From an uncultured Clostridia bacterium (GTDB lineage: Bacteria; Bacillota; Clostridia; TANB77; CAG-508), in contig CALXEW010000005.1 in NCBI GenBank assembly GCA_944387435.1, positions 20,789 through 84,788 of the forward strand: a stretch of 64,000 nucleotides of DNA. The letters are read 5' to 3'. This document shows positions 39,947 through 51,875 of the stretch, in pieces. The notes below the pieces were generated by a model, which did not search any database, was not told the DNA's origin, and saw nothing but the letters and a program-made list of their open reading frames with translations. The position numbers were made by a program, and so were the translations under genes. How positions within the stretch are numbered: the stretch's first letter is position 1; each line of letters starts with the position of its first letter.

Positions 39947-41881
39947 ATGATTAAAGTTACTTTAAAAGACGGATCTATTTTAGAGGTCGAAAAAGGAAGC
40001 ACAATTTTAGATGTTGCAAAAAAAATTAGTGAAGGTTTAGCAAGAAACATGACTTGTGGAGAAGTAAATGGCGAAATTAAAGACTTAAGATATGAATTAA
40101 ATGAAGACTGTTCTTTAGTAATTCATACATTTTCAGATGATGATTTAGAAGGAAAGAAAGCTTATTGGCATACAACTTCTCATATTATGGCACAAGCTGT
40201 AAAAAGATTATTTCCAGATGCTAAACTTGCAATTGGACCTGCAATTGAGAATGGTTTTTATTATGATTTCGATGTAGAAAAACCATTTACAGAGGAAGAT
40301 AAGAAAAATATTGAACAAGAAATGAAAAAAATTATAAAAGAAAATTTAAGTGTTGAAAGATTTTCTTTACCTAGAAAAGAAGCTTTAGAACTAATGAAAG
40401 ATGAACCATATAAGGTAGAATTAATTGAAGATTTACCAGAAGGTGAAGAAATTAGTTTTTATAAACAAGGAGATTTTACTGACCTTTGTGCTGGACCTCA
40501 TTTAGTTAGTACAGGAAAAGTTAAATCTATAAAAATATTATCTTCTTCAGGTGCATACTGGAGAGGAGATGAAAAAAATAAGATGCTTCAAAGAATTTAT
40601 GCAATTTCATTCCCTAAAGCAAGTCAACTTGAAGAATATCTACAATTCTTAGAAGAAGCAAAACAAAGAGACCATAGAAAAATAGGTAAAGACCTAGAAA
40701 TATTTATGACACATAAATTAGTTGGAGCAGGTCTTCCAATGTATTTACCAAACGGTGCGACTATTAGAATGATTTTAGAAAGATATATTCAAGATAAGGA
40801 AATATCTTTAGGTTATGAACATGTATATACTCCTTCACTTGCAAATGTTGAATTATATAAAGTAAGTGGACATTGGGACCATTATAAAGACGATATGTTT
40901 CCAGCAATGAAAATGGATAATGAGGAAATGGTTTTAAGACCAATGAATTGTCCTCATCATATGTTAATATATAAGAGTAAAATGCGTTCATATCGTGATT
41001 TACCTATTAGAATTGGTGAACTTGCACATGATTTTAGATATGAAGCAAGTGGAAGTGTTTGTGGATTAGAAAGGGTTCGTGAAATGTGTCAAAATGATGC
41101 ACACCTTTTTGTAAGACCAGACCAAATAAAAGATGAAGTTGGAAAAATATTAAATTTAATTAAAGAAGTTTATCAAAAAGATTTTGGTTTCCCAGCTTCA
41201 AGCTTTAAATATAGATTATCTTTAAGAGATAAAAATAATAAAGAAAAATATATTGATAATGACGAGATGTGGGAAACAGCAGAAAGCCAATTAAGAGAAA
41301 TTTTAACAGAATTAGGTATAGAATTCTATGAAGCAGAAGGAGAGGCAGCATTCTATGGACCTAAGATTGATATTCAAATAAAAACAGCTTTAAATCATGA
41401 TGTGACTATTCCAACTTGTCAATTAGATTTTGCTTTACCTGAAAGATTTGAATTAGAATATATTGGAGAAGATGGAAAAGCACATAGACCTGTTGTTATT
41501 CATAGAGCAATACTTGGTTCTTCTGATAGATTTATATCATTCTTATTAGAAGAAACAAAAGGAAATTTACCACTATGGCTTGCACCAACACAAGTTAGAA
41601 TTTTACCAATAACAGATAATCAGCATAATTATTGTCATGAATTGAAAGATGAACTTGTTAAAGCTGGTATAAGAGTAGAAGTAGATGACAGAAATGAAAA
41701 AACAGGCTATAAGATACGCGAAGCACAAATGCATAAGATACCTTATATGTTAATTATAGGTCAAAAAGAAGTTGAAGAAAATCTTGTTTCTATTCGTTCT
41801 AGAAAAGATGGAGATATAGGAACTATGTCTGTAGAAGAGTTTAAAAATAAACTTCTAGAAGAAATTAAAAATAAAAAATAA
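39947..41881 (+). CDS. thrS: Threonine--tRNA ligase
   Basis: 644 aa with TGS, editing, class-II core and anticodon-binding domains. Confidence 0.97.
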   Translation: MIKVTLKDGSILEVEKGSTILDVAKKISEGLARNMTCGEVNGEIKDLRYELNEDCSLVIHTFSDDDLEGKKAYWHTTSHIMAQAVKRLFPDAKLAIGPAIENGFYYDFDVEKPFTEEDKKNIEQEMKKIIKENLSVERFSLPRKEALELMKDEPYKVELIEDLPEGEEISFYKQGDFTDLCAGPHLVSTGKVKSIKILSSSGAYWRGDEKNKMLQRIYAISFPKASQLEEYLQFLEEAKQRDHRKIGKDLEIFMTHKLVGAGLPMYLPNGATIRMILERYIQDKEISLGYEHVYTPSLANVELYKVSGHWDHYKDDMFPAMKMDNEEMVLRPMNCPHHMLIYKSKMRSYRDLPIRIGELAHDFRYEASGSVCGLERVREMCQNDAHLFVRPDQIKDEVGKILNLIKEVYQKDFGFPASSFKYRLSLRDKNNKEKYIDNDEMWETAESQLREILTELGIEFYEAEGEAAFYGPKIDIQIKTALNHDVTIPTCQLDFALPERFELEYIGEDGKAHRPVVIHRAILGSSDRFISFLLEETKGNLPLWLAPTQVRILPITDNQHNYCHELKDELVKAGIRVEVDDRNEKTGYKIREAQMHKIPYMLIIGQKEVEENLVSIRSRKDGDIGTMSVEEFKNKLLEEIKNKK

Positions 41882-41929
41882 TGAAAAATAAATAAAACTA
41901 TAATACTAAGAGAAATAGGAGAGATAAAA

Positions 41930-43021
41930 ATGAAATTAGGAATTGTAGGTCTTCCAAATGTAGGAAAGAGTACATTATTTAATAGTATTACTAAAGCCGG
42001 AGCAGAATGTGCGAATTATCCATTCTGCACAATAGAACCAAATGTTGGAGTTGTTCCTGTTCCAGATGAAAGACTAGATAGCCTAGCTAAAATGTATAAT
42101 CCAGAAAAAGTTACACATGCTGTTATTGAATTTGTAGATATTGCAGGGTTAGTTAAAGGAGCAAGTAAAGGGGAAGGACTTGGTAATAAATTCTTATCAC
42201 ATATACGTGAAACAGATGCTATTTGTGAGGTTGTTAGATGTTTTAATGATAGTAATATTGTTCATGTAGATGGAAGTATAGACCCAGTACGTGATATTGA
42301 AACTATTAACTTAGAATTAATCTTTGCAGATATAGAAACTGTAAATAAAAGATTAGATAAAGCAAGAAAGAATTTAAAAGCTAGTAAAAGTTATCAAGAA
42401 GAAGTTGATTTATTAGAAAAAATTAAAGAAAACTTAGAAAATGGAATTTCAGCAAGAGCATTAGATTTTAATGAAGATGAAGAAAAGCTAGTTAAGGATA
42501 TGTTTTTATTAACTACTAAACCAATTCTTTATATTGCAAATATTTCTGAAGAACAATTAGAAAATGCAGAAACTGACCCACTAGTTCAAAAAGTTAAAGA
42601 ATATGCTTCAAAAGAAAATGCAGAGGTTATTCCTTTATGTGTTAAAATTGAAGAAGAATTATCAGGACTAGATGATAATGATAAAAAAGAAATGTTAGAA
42701 GCTTTAGGACTAGAAGAATCCGGACTAGATAAAGTTATTAAAAAATCTTATGATTTATTAGGATTAATGTCATTCTTAACAGCTGGAGAACCAGAAGTTA
42801 GAGCTTGGACAATAAAGAAAGGAACTAAAGCACCACAGGCTGCAGGAAAGATACATTCTGATATTGAAAGAGGTTTTATAAAAGCAGAGGTTGTCTCTTT
42901 TGATGATTTAATGAATTGTGGAAGTATGGTTACTGCTAGAGAAAAGGGATTAGTTCGCCAAGAAGGAAAAGAATATGTTATGCAAGACGGAGATATAGTT
43001 CTATTTAAATTTAATGTTTAA
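41930..43021 (+). CDS. ychF: Ribosome-binding ATPase YchF
   Basis: GLPNVGKST, the NxxE variant of the G4 motif, and a TGS domain. Confidence 0.95.
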   Translation: MKLGIVGLPNVGKSTLFNSITKAGAECANYPFCTIEPNVGVVPVPDERLDSLAKMYNPEKVTHAVIEFVDIAGLVKGASKGEGLGNKFLSHIRETDAICEVVRCFNDSNIVHVDGSIDPVRDIETINLELIFADIETVNKRLDKARKNLKASKSYQEEVDLLEKIKENLENGISARALDFNEDEEKLVKDMFLLTTKPILYIANISEEQLENAETDPLVQKVKEYASKENAEVIPLCVKIEEELSGLDDNDKKEMLEALGLEESGLDKVIKKSYDLLGLMSFLTAGEPEVRAWTIKKGTKAPQAAGKIHSDIERGFIKAEVVSFDDLMNCGSMVTAREKGLVRQEGKEYVMQDGDIVLFKFNV

Positions 43022-43239
43022 TATGTAATAGTTTTGTAATATAAATGTAAAAAAAAATATAGAAAAAACTATTGACGAAATATTTTTTTAAGTATAAAAT
43101 AAAAAACGAAGAACGGAAGAGAAAACTTGTATTTTGTTATTTTTTACTATTACTTGAATTATATTATAAAAAATGGTATAATAATTAGTGATTGTATAAA
43201 TAATAATAAAAAAATCTAAAAAGTAGAGGAGAAATCAAT

Positions 43240-43644
43240 ATGAAGAAAACAAATTTATTAAAAGTATTTTTTGGTTTAGTTTTAAGTGTAATGGTAATTT
43301 TTATAGCTACATCAGTTAGTGCAACAGATGGTTTTACAGATATGACAAATTCATTAGTTAATAGTAATTCAACAGGAAATAATTTAACAGTAGGAAATAA
43401 TTCAACAAATACAAATACTTCAAATAGCAATTCAAATTCAACAAACACAAATACTAATACAAATAGATCAAATGTATCTAATACAAATTCTAATAGAACA
43501 AATAATAGTTCTAGCATTTACAATAATACAAGTTTACCTAGCACAGGTATAGGAGATTCACTTCCAATAGCTGCTTTAGTAGTTGTATTTGGTATATCAG
43601 CTGTATATGCATATAAGAAAATTAAAGATTATAGAAATATTTAG
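43240..43644 (+). CDS. Small LPXTG-anchored surface protein (signal peptide, N/S/T-rich low-complexity region, LPSTG + hydrophobic + KKIK tail)
   Basis: C-terminal sorting signal ...SLPSTGIGDSLPIAALVVVFGISAVYAYKKIKDYRNI. Confidence 0.7.
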   Translation: MKKTNLLKVFFGLVLSVMVIFIATSVSATDGFTDMTNSLVNSNSTGNNLTVGNNSTNTNTSNSNSNSTNTNTNTNRSNVSNTNSNRTNNSSSIYNNTSLPSTGIGDSLPIAALVVVFGISAVYAYKKIKDYRNI

Positions 43645-43671
43645 TTAATAAACTTATATAGAGAATAGAGA

Positions 43672-43700
43672 AGAGTAGAATTTTTCTACTCTTTATTTTT
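43672..43700 (+). terminator. Rho-independent terminator
   Basis: agagtag/ctactct followed by TTATTTTT. Confidence 0.6.
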
Positions 43701-43744
43701 GACTTAAATATCCTTACTTTACAACTCTTGTAAATGAGAATAAT

Positions 43745-44050
43745 ATGAAAGATGATGTAAAAGAAATTAAAAACATTATAAACTTAGGCGAAAATGTAAA
43801 TACTGAGTTTAAAGAAGCAGTAGGAATGTTGGAAAGTTCTGATTATAAAAATATAGTAAGTGATGTAAATAGTGACGAAATAAAATTAATATTAAATGAA
43901 ATTAAAAAGAATAATAAGATTACACTAAAAGAGCTTTCAATTAAAATGAATTTAAAATTAAAAACACTAGAAAGACGTATAAGTGTTTTAAAGGAAAAAG
44001 GATATATACAAAGAGAAGGGTCAAAAAAGGCAGGTTATTGGAAATATTAA
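43745..44050 (+). CDS. Hypothetical small protein (possible wHTH)
   Basis: ORF only. Confidence 0.35.
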   Translation: MKDDVKEIKNIINLGENVNTEFKEAVGMLESSDYKNIVSDVNSDEIKLILNEIKKNNKITLKELSIKMNLKLKTLERRISVLKEKGYIQREGSKKAGYWKY

Positions 44051-44131
44051 AGTAGATATAGAAATAGACAATTTACAAGGAATTATGTTAAAATAATAAT
44101 ATGGAAAATAAAGTAAGAAAGGTAGAAAAAT

Positions 44132-45715
44132 ATGAAAATAGAAGAAATAGTTGAAGAGTTAAAATATTACAAAGGAGAGTTACCTAAAGAAGCATTAAAA
44201 GAAGCAATAGATAAAAAAGAAGAAATGATACCAAAATTACTAGATATGTTAGAATTTACAAAAAATAATTTAGAGAAGATTTATAATGAAGAAGATGAAT
44301 TTTTTGGATATATTTATGCATTTTTTTTACTTGCACAATTTAGGGAAAGAAGAGCATTTCCATATTTAATTGATTTATTAAATAAAGATGAAGAAATAGT
44401 TGATTATATATTAGGAGAAGATTATCCAGGAAATTTACCAAGATTGCTTGCAAGTACATATAATGGAGATGATGAAGCTTTATTTTCAATTATTGAAAAT
44501 AGGAAAATAAACGAATTTGTAAGAAGCTCTACTTTACAAACTTTTGCAATATTATATCTTTATGGGAAAAAGGACAGAGAATTTATTGTAAATTATTTTA
44601 AAAAATTAATTAATGAAAAGGAAGATGATGATTATTCATATTTATATAAAGAAATATTAGATGAAACAATGAATTTAAGATTAATTGAGCTAGATGGATT
44701 AATTGATAAAATATTTAATGTTGTAGATACTAAAGAAGAAATACAAGAATTAAAAGATAGATTTGAAGATGAAAAGTATGAAATAGATATGGAAGTTTAT
44801 CCTTTTAAAGATTTCTATGAGTATATTGATGATACAATAGAGATTATGGAAGATTGGCAATGTTTTAGATATAAAGAAGATGAAGAATATGAGCATTCAG
44901 AAAATCATATGATACTTAATTATGTCTTTAACAAAAGATATGAAGAAATAGAAAGATATGAAAACATTGGCAGAAACGAATTATGCCCATGTGGAAGTGG
45001 AAAAAAGTTTAAAAAATGTTGTATGAATAAATATATTACAGATGACGTTTTAGAAAGTTTAGATTTTATTGATATGTGTATAGCTAAAGGAATATGGTAT
45101 TTAGAAAGAGAAGAAAATAAAAAGGCATGTGAATTGTTAAGATTTGCATGGGGGAGTGTTAGAGAAATATGTATAAACAATAATATAAAAAGTATTGAAG
45201 AATATGACAAAAAATATAAAGGTTATGATTTTCTTTCAAATTGGCTTCAAGAGTATGACGAGATATTAGAATTGAGTAATAAAAAAGATAGACTAATTGA
45301 AAGAATTAGATTATGTGATGATGTAGAAAATACTTTTGATTTAAATGATGAAGAACAATTATATTGGAAAGAACATTTTATTAGAGCAAGAGCGAATACA
45401 GAATTTAGATTAAGTAATAAAGAAAAGGCTACTAATATAATAGAGGATTATTTAAAAGAAGAGCCTAATTGGACTTGGGGCTATGTCGAGATGGCTGACT
45501 GGTATATGGATAAAAGAGATATAAATAATTACGACTTAAAAAAAGCAGAAGAAATATTATTAAGGGCAGAAAAGGTAGATAACGAAGAAAATGACATAGA
45601 AGATGTTATTGCTATTTTTGAAAGACTATTGGATATATACAAAGAAACAGAAGATAAAGACAAAGAAAAACTATACGAAGAGAAAATAAATAAACTATTA
45701 ATAAAAAATGATTAA
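44132..45715 (+). CDS. SEC-C motif domain protein
   Basis: [13 protein letters not shown] metal-binding motif. Confidence 0.6.
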   Translation: MKIEEIVEELKYYKGELPKEALKEAIDKKEEMIPKLLDMLEFTKNNLEKIYNEEDEFFGYIYAFFLLAQFRERRAFPYLIDLLNKDEEIVDYILGEDYPGNLPRLLASTYNGDDEALFSIIENRKINEFVRSSTLQTFAILYLYGKKDREFIVNYFKKLINEKEDDDYSYLYKEILDETMNLRLIELDGLIDKIFNVVDTKEEIQELKDRFEDEKYEIDMEVYPFKDFYEYIDDTIEIMEDWQCFRYKEDEEYEHSENHMILNYVFNKRYEEIERYENIGRNELCPCGSGKKFKKCCMNKYITDDVLESLDFIDMCIAKGIWYLEREENKKACELLRFAWGSVREICINNNIKSIEEYDKKYKGYDFLSNWLQEYDEILELSNKKDRLIERIRLCDDVENTFDLNDEEQLYWKEHFIRARANTEFRLSNKEKATNIIEDYLKEEPNWTWGYVEMADWYMDKRDINNYDLKKAEEILLRAEKVDNEENDIEDVIAIFERLLDIYKETEDKDKEKLYEEKINKLLIKND

Positions 45716-45726
45716 AAAACAAAAAA

Positions 45727-45760
45727 AGAAGATTTAAGGCTATTCTTAAATCTTCTTTTT
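45727..45760 (+). terminator. Rho-independent terminator
   Basis: agaagatttaag/ttaaatcttct followed by T4. Confidence 0.65.
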
Positions 45761-45968
45761 AATCCACCAAAGAAAATAAAAAATTTTCCGGTAAGGTATT
45801 TACAAATAACCTAAGTTTGTGTACAATAAAATTGTACTAAATAAACGTAGTGCATACGAAAATAATACGTAAGTTTAAAAGTATTCTTATTAAAACATGA
45901 TACAAATGACATGCATAAAAAAGAAAAATAAGTAAACACTAAACTAAAGAGAAGGAGAGAAAATTACG

Positions 45969-47058
45969 ATGAAAGAATTAACTATTAAAAAAACTAAAAC
46001 GAAGAAAGAGATACTAAACGATAATAAACGGAATTACTCTAATTGCACTTGTTATCACAATTATTGTCCTTCTAATCCTTGCAGGAGTATCAATTGCAAT
46101 GCTAACAGGAGAGAATGGAATACTAACTCAAGCACAAAGAGCTAAGACAGAAACAGAGAATGCACAAGCAGAGGAAGAGAATATATTAAATAGTTATGAT
46201 AAATATATTAACATTGCAAAAAATGGAAATACTATATATACAGATGAAAACGGAAAAACAGCAATAATTCCAAAAGGATTTTATATAGTACCAGGACTTG
46301 ATATTATAGATGATGGTCTAGTTATATCAGATGTACAAGATGATGTTCAAAATACAGGAAATCAGTTTGTATGGATACCAGTAATAAATGAAAGTGATTA
46401 TAATAGAAAAACTAATTATTCAATTGTAGGAGTTTCAGAAACAGCGTATGCGGGAGAGGGATATTTGCCAGAAGAACTACAGCCATTAATACCTGAAGAA
46501 GTAGTAGATAAAAAAGAAATAGGATTATTAAATGAAGATGCCGAAAGAACAACTATAATGAAATCTGGCGGATTTTATATATCAAGATACGAAGCAGGAA
46601 TAGAAGGAACAGATACTTTGGTGAGCAAAAAAGGAGCAACAGTATGGACCGACATTTCATGGGAAGAATGCAAAGAAACAGCAAAAGAATTTATAAATAC
46701 TAATGGAGTAAAAAGCGCGTTATGTTCAGGAATACAATGGGATGTTACGCTTGATTTTATAGATGGAAAACAAGATGGGACAGGAAAGACTTACCAAACG
46801 ACGGCTGGCGATAGTAGCAGACATATTGGTTCAAAAGAAGTATCAGGACAAAATGAGGCAGATAAAGTTTGTAACATATACGATTTAGAAGGAAATTGTT
46901 ATGAAAATGTAGCAGAAAGAAATACAAATGATGAAAGTCTTACTTTCGTTGACAGAGGGGGAGCTTATATAGATGCTGTTTCATCTTCTGTACGAAATGG
47001 TACTGATGGATTACCTTATTCAGGTGTTTCATTCCGTTTTGTGCTTTATGTTATGTAA
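45969..47058 (+). CDS. Surface protein with a pilin-like N-terminal module (MKELTIKKTKTKKEILNDNK-G-ITLIALVITIIVLLILAGVSIAMLTGENG...) fused to an FGE-sulfatase (SUMF1-like) domain. Requires +1 at the in-frame CGG at 46029-46031 (aaa CGG aat read as aaa-[c]-GGA att)
   Basis: The ATG frame gives nonsense after the CGG. The +1 frame has no start, and after the skip reads K-G-ITLIAL..., restoring the invariant prepilin Gly-1. C-terminal FGE-like motifs (YDLEGNCYE, RGGAY, VSFRFVL). Confidence 0.6.
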
Positions 47059-47075
47059 TATTGAAGACTTCTTGT

Positions 47076-47771
47076 TCAAGAAGTCTTTTGTTTTGCTTTA
47101 ATAATAAATCTGTTGTTGTTAATGTTGTTACAAGTGATGAGAGTAAGGGCTTTTTCGTTTGGGTTGTAATTAGTAATAGGGGAAAGGTCATCTTCTTTAA
47201 CCTCATAATTTTCAATTACTTTGTATGTGTAGTTAAGTCCTGTGTTATCATAAATGTAGATTTCATCATTTTGTTGTAATTGGTTTATTTTACTAAAAAA
47301 CATATCATTGTTGTAGTTATGTCCTGCTATGCAAATATTGGTATTTTCTTTTAAGTTTGTCCCATAAAACTTACAAGGGGCAACTTTTAAGTTCTCTTCA
47401 GTTAGAGTAGAAAGAACAGGATAATAAAGATTAATTTTAGGAATTTCAATAATACCAAAAAGATTATTTTCTATGTTTTCTTCTTCCTGTGTTTGTGTAT
47501 TTGCATAAAGTCTGTAGATATTATAATTTCCAATCAAATTTTTAGAAATTTCTTCATTACTTTGAAGAGAATAAATGTAATAAATAGAAAAAGAAATAGT
47601 AATAATAATTACTATAATGGATATAGTAAATTGTAGTTTAAAAAATTGCTTATTTGTACTTTTTCTATTTTTATTATTTTTTCTGATATAATCTATATCA
47701 TTATATAAATCTTCACTATTCAATTTATTGTTATTTTTATCATCTAAATTCGTACTTAAAATCTGGTTCAT
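47076..47771 (-). CDS. Sortase (class B/D-like) with an N-terminal membrane anchor
   Basis: Catalytic His (CIAGHN) and the TLITC active-site Cys motif. Confidence 0.75.
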   Translation of the reverse strand: MNQILSTNLDDKNNNKLNSEDLYNDIDYIRKNNKNRKSTNKQFFKLQFTISIIVIIITISFSIYYIYSLQSNEEISKNLIGNYNIYRLYANTQTQEEENIENNLFGIIEIPKINLYYPVLSTLTEENLKVAPCKFYGTNLKENTNICIAGHNYNNDMFFSKINQLQQNDEIYIYDNTGLNYTYKVIENYEVKEDDLSPITNYNPNEKALTLITCNNINNNRFIIKAKQKTS

Positions 47772-47864
47772 AATTTTATTTTATCTAAAAAACAAAAAAA
47801 TATTATAAAAAACTTGTCAAAAATTTTTTTATTTGTTATCATTATTTGGTAGAAGGAGATAGGA

Positions 47865-49179
47865 ATGAAAGAAACAAAAGAAAGAAAAATGATAAGACAC
47901 AAAAAGAAAAATGTAAGAATATTTCCTTTGTATAAAACAGTTTCTTGGGATTTATTATTCTATTTTCCTATTATATTCTTATTCTTAACACAAATAAAAG
48001 GATTTTCAGCATCACAAGTATTATTTGCAGATGCATTTTATACTTTAGCAAATACATTTTGGCAATTACCAGTAACAAGCTTAGTAGATAGAATAGGAAA
48101 GAAAAACTGTTTAATAATTGGAAATGTCCTTTATTCACTTAGTATTTTAGCAATGATATTCATGCAAAATTATTATGAGTTATTAATAATACAATTTATA
48201 TATGCACTAGGATATTCAATAAAAGGAATATGTGAATCAAATATCCTTTATGATTCTTTACCTGCTAGTAAGAAAAGAGGAAGAGTATTTGCTACAATAG
48301 ACCGGAAAATCTTCATCATATTTTTATTTATTTGATGCAATATCTTCAATAATTGCAGGGTTTACATTTGCAATAAATGGATATATTCCAATGGTATTGT
48401 GTTTCTTATGTTGTGTTGCATCTACAGTTATTTCATTTAAATTTAGGCATACAGTAATTGTAGAAGATAAGGTAAAACCAGTTTCGTTAAAAGAATACAT
48501 AGGACAAATAAAAGACTCAATGAAATTTTCTATAAAATCTAGTAGAGTAAAATTATTGATTTTATCAAATGCGTTATTTTTAGGACTAGTTATGGGAGTT
48601 GTAAACTTAAGAAGTAGTATGCTTAGTGAAATGCAAGTGCCAGAAGCATATTTTGGAATTATATTTGCAGTATTACAATTTTCAGCAGCAATAACAGCAA
48701 GATATAGTGAACAAATACATAAAATATTTAAGAATAAAACAATAGCAGTATTAACTATTCCGATTACAGTTTCTTGTATATTAATTGGTTTTATAGGAAA
48801 AGATACATTATCTAAATCTTCATTGATATTAGTAGTATTATTGTTCTTAATACAGTATGCAGCAAAAGGACCATATAGAGCATTACTTGCACGTTATTTG
48901 AATAATTTTACAAATAGAAAAATAAGACCAAAATTAACAGCATTAAGAAATTTATCTTCTAATTTATTGACAGCCATAGTGTCTCTTATCTGTGCTTTAT
49001 TACTAGAAATAACAACAACAGCAAATACTTTTATAATAATTGGTTGTCTTACAACTATTTTTGCAGTATTGTTGCTTGATTATATGAGAGATAGAGTAGG
49101 GTTGAAACCTTCACAATATAGTAAAGAAGATTTAAAATATAGTTTATATAGACCAGATAAAATAAAGAAAAAGCCTTAA
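47865..49179 (+). CDS. MFS transporter. Requires +1 at the in-frame CGG at 48303-48305 (gac CGG aaa read as gac-[c]-GGA aaa)
   Basis: Two ORFs (156 aa + 262 aa) that together make a roughly 12-TM MFS protein. The +1 frame is open from the CGG onward (..ATID-G-KSSSYFYLFDAISSIIAGF..) into ORF 48391. Confidence 0.55.
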
Positions 49180-49610
49180 GCAAAATTAGGCTTTTTTTCT
49201 CTTGTATATACTTTAGGAGCTACTTCAAATTTTATATTAAAGCACCTAAAATCAAATAATTCATTTTCTTCTAAACAATCTAAATAAATATCTAACTCTT
49301 CTAGATTCCTACAAGCTGCAATTATAATAGGATTTAAATTATATTGAAACATTAATTCAAAAGCTAAATCTAAAGCTTTTAAGATAGATTTGTTTTCTTT
49401 ATTTATAATCAAATTAATAGTTTCTCTAAATCTAGAGCTTATGCTATGTTTAAACCTATTTAAAGGCAAAATATATTCTTTATTAATAACATCTTGTGGT
49501 GATATGTATTTATCCTTATTATTTTCATATTTTTTTTCAATATCAATATATTTATATGGCAAATATGCTTTTTGGTCTTTTTCAGAAACAATTAAAGTAT
49601 CATTATCCAT
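49176..49610 (-). CDS. Hypothetical protein (144 aa)
   Basis: ORF only. Confidence 0.4.
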   Translation of the reverse strand: MDNDTLIVSEKDQKAYLPYKYIDIEKKYENNKDKYISPQDVINKEYILPLNRFKHSISSRFRETINLIINKENKSILKALDLAFELMFQYNLNPIIIAACRNLEELDIYLDCLEENELFDFRCFNIKFEVAPKVYTREKKPNFA

Positions 49611-49783
49611 TTTGGGCTCCTAATTTTATTTTTATAGTATAATTAATTATATAAATTAATTATACATGTAAAACACTTTTAAGTAAATAAAAATGATATT
49701 ACATTTCTGTTACATATTGAAAACCTTTTTATCATATGATATAGTTATTATAGTAAAAAGATACATAAGAAAAGGAGAAAAAA

Positions 49784-50410
49784 GTGTACAAGCTTAGTGA
49801 TTTTGATAAATCAAGTAGACATTTGTATAAATTGGGTAAAATACTTAGTACAATTATTTGTATAATTATATTATTTTTAATTATATTCAATGTAACTTTA
49901 ATGGTAGAATCATATATTAATCCAAATGAATTACCAAGTTTTTTAGGAATAAAAAGTTTTGTTATAGTATCAGAAAGTATGGAACCTACTATTATGACAG
50001 AAGATGTGATTTTTATTACTAATACATCAAGAGAAAATTTGGAAGTAGGAGATATTATATCTTTTAGAATAGGTGACTATATAAATACACATAGAATTAT
50101 AAGAATTGAACAACAAAATGGGGAAGAGGTATATATAACAAAAGGGGATAATAATAATGCTGAAGATAGAACTCCAGTTAAATTTGAGGATATAGAAGGA
50201 AAATATTTATTTAGACTTCCTGGTTTTGGAAGAATAACAGATATTTTAAAAAGTAAAGTTACCTTAGTAATACTTTTAGTATTTTTAGTAATAATTTCTT
50301 ATTATGAAGTAAGAATATCCAGAAGAAAATTGAAAAGAAAAGAAGAGAGATTTGAATTTAATAAAAAATTAGTAGACCAAGTAAAAAGTGATAAAAATAA
50401 CAAAGAATGA
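49784..50410 (+). CDS. Signal peptidase I, SipW (archaeal/ER) type
   Basis: SESMEPT catalytic Ser box, GDNN box, N- and C-terminal TM helices. Confidence 0.75.
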   Translation: MYKLSDFDKSSRHLYKLGKILSTIICIIILFLIIFNVTLMVESYINPNELPSFLGIKSFVIVSESMEPTIMTEDVIFITNTSRENLEVGDIISFRIGDYINTHRIIRIEQQNGEEVYITKGDNNNAEDRTPVKFEDIEGKYLFRLPGFGRITDILKSKVTLVILLVFLVIISYYEVRISRRKLKRKEERFEFNKKLVDQVKSDKNNKE

Positions 50411-50427
50411 GATAGGAGATGTAATTA

Positions 50428-51252
50428 TTGTATAAAGCTATTTTTATAGATATAGATGGGACGTTAAAAAATGACCAAAAAGAAATAACAAATAGAACAA
50501 AAGAAGCAATAAGAAAAGTAGGAGAGTTGGGAATACTAGTAATTATATGTTCAGGAAGACCAACTGAAACTACTACTGAAGTCAGTAAAGAATGTTTTGC
50601 GAGTAACTTTATTATTACATCAAATGGAGCTTATGGTTATGACTATAAAAAGAATAAATGCATCTTTAAAAACAAGATGAAAAAAGAAGCATGTATTGAA
50701 ATATATAATTTAGCAATAGAAAAAGACGTTAATTTTATTATGAATACAGAAAAAGGAAGATTTACTCTAAAGAAAAGAGATAATGATACAGATATTTTGT
50801 TAAAAGAACCTATAGATATATTTGTAAACAAAATAGATGTTATGCAATGTTTATTACATGACAGTAGTTTTGAAAAAATAAAAAACTTGAGACCTTATAT
50901 AGACAAAATAGAAAATGTAGGAATAAAAAATCAGTCAAAAAGTTTAACAAACCCAAAACTTAAGCCATTATCTTATACTTATTATGATATAGCAGACGAA
51001 AAAACTTCTAAAGGATTTGGAGTTAAAAAAATGTGTGAAGCATTAAATATTGATTTAAAAGATACTATTTCAATAGGAGACGATTATAATGATGTTTCAA
51101 TGTTTGAAGTAACAGGTCTTAGTGTAGTTATGGGAAATGCAAATACTGAAGTAAAATCAAAAGCAAAATACGAAACACTTACTAACAATGAAGATGGTGT
51201 GGCTGTATTTTTAGAAGAATTAGTTAATAATAAGGGAGGATTTATATGTTAG
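50428..51252 (+). CDS. Cof-type HAD-IIB phosphatase
   Basis: DIDGTL...GDDYND. Confidence 0.8.
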   Translation: MYKAIFIDIDGTLKNDQKEITNRTKEAIRKVGELGILVIICSGRPTETTTEVSKECFASNFIITSNGAYGYDYKKNKCIFKNKMKKEACIEIYNLAIEKDVNFIMNTEKGRFTLKKRDNDTDILLKEPIDIFVNKIDVMQCLLHDSSFEKIKNLRPYIDKIENVGIKNQSKSLTNPKLKPLSYTYYDIADEKTSKGFGVKKMCEALNIDLKDTISIGDDYNDVSMFEVTGLSVVMGNANTEVKSKAKYETLTNNEDGVAVFLEELVNNKGGFIC

Positions 51253-51875
51253 AGAATATTAAAGTATTATGCCATAGTTCTATTAAATTTGAGAAAGGAC
51301 AAATTATTTATTTTGATCCATTTAAAATAAATGAAAACTATAATGATGCAGATGTAATATTTATAACACATTCTCATTATGACCATTTTTCAGAAGAAGA
51401 TATTTTAAAAGTTAAGAAAGAAGAAACTAAAATTGTTGTCCCAGAAGATTTATATAATAGAAGTTTGGAATTAGGATTTAGTGAAGAAAACATTTTAGTA
51501 GTAAGACCAAATGAAGAATATGAAATAAATAATATTAAATTTAAAACAATACAAGCATACAATTTAAATAAAAACTTCCATCCAAAAACTAATAATTGGG
51601 TAGGATATATAATTACTTTAGATAATATAGTTTACTATATTGCAGGAGATACAGATGTAACAGAAGAAAATAGAAAAGTAAAATGCGATGTAGCATTTGT
51701 TCCAATTGGAGGAACATATACAATGACAGCAAAAGAAGCAGCAACTTTAGTAAATGAAATTAATCCTAAAATTACTGTTCCTATACATTATAATTGTATC
51801 ATTGGTTCAAAAGAAGATGAAAAAGTATTTAAAAATAGTGTAAATGATGATATTGAGGTCATGATACTTCTTTAG
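51246..51875 (+). CDS. MBL-fold metallo-hydrolase
   Basis: HxHxDH motif (THSHYDH). Confidence 0.75.
   Translation: MLENIKVLCHSSIKFEKGQIIYFDPFKINENYNDADVIFITHSHYDHFSEEDILKVKKEETKIVVPEDLYNRSLELGFSEENILVVRPNEEYEINNIKFKTIQAYNLNKNFHPKTNNWVGYIITLDNIVYYIAGDTDVTEENRKVKCDVAFVPIGGTYTMTAKEAATLVNEINPKITVPIHYNCIIGSKEDEKVFKNSVNDDIEVMILL

Noticed and set aside
47061-47279. ORF 47061-47279 (+) after the FGE gene
   Set aside because: Antisense to the sortase gene 3' end. No RBS.
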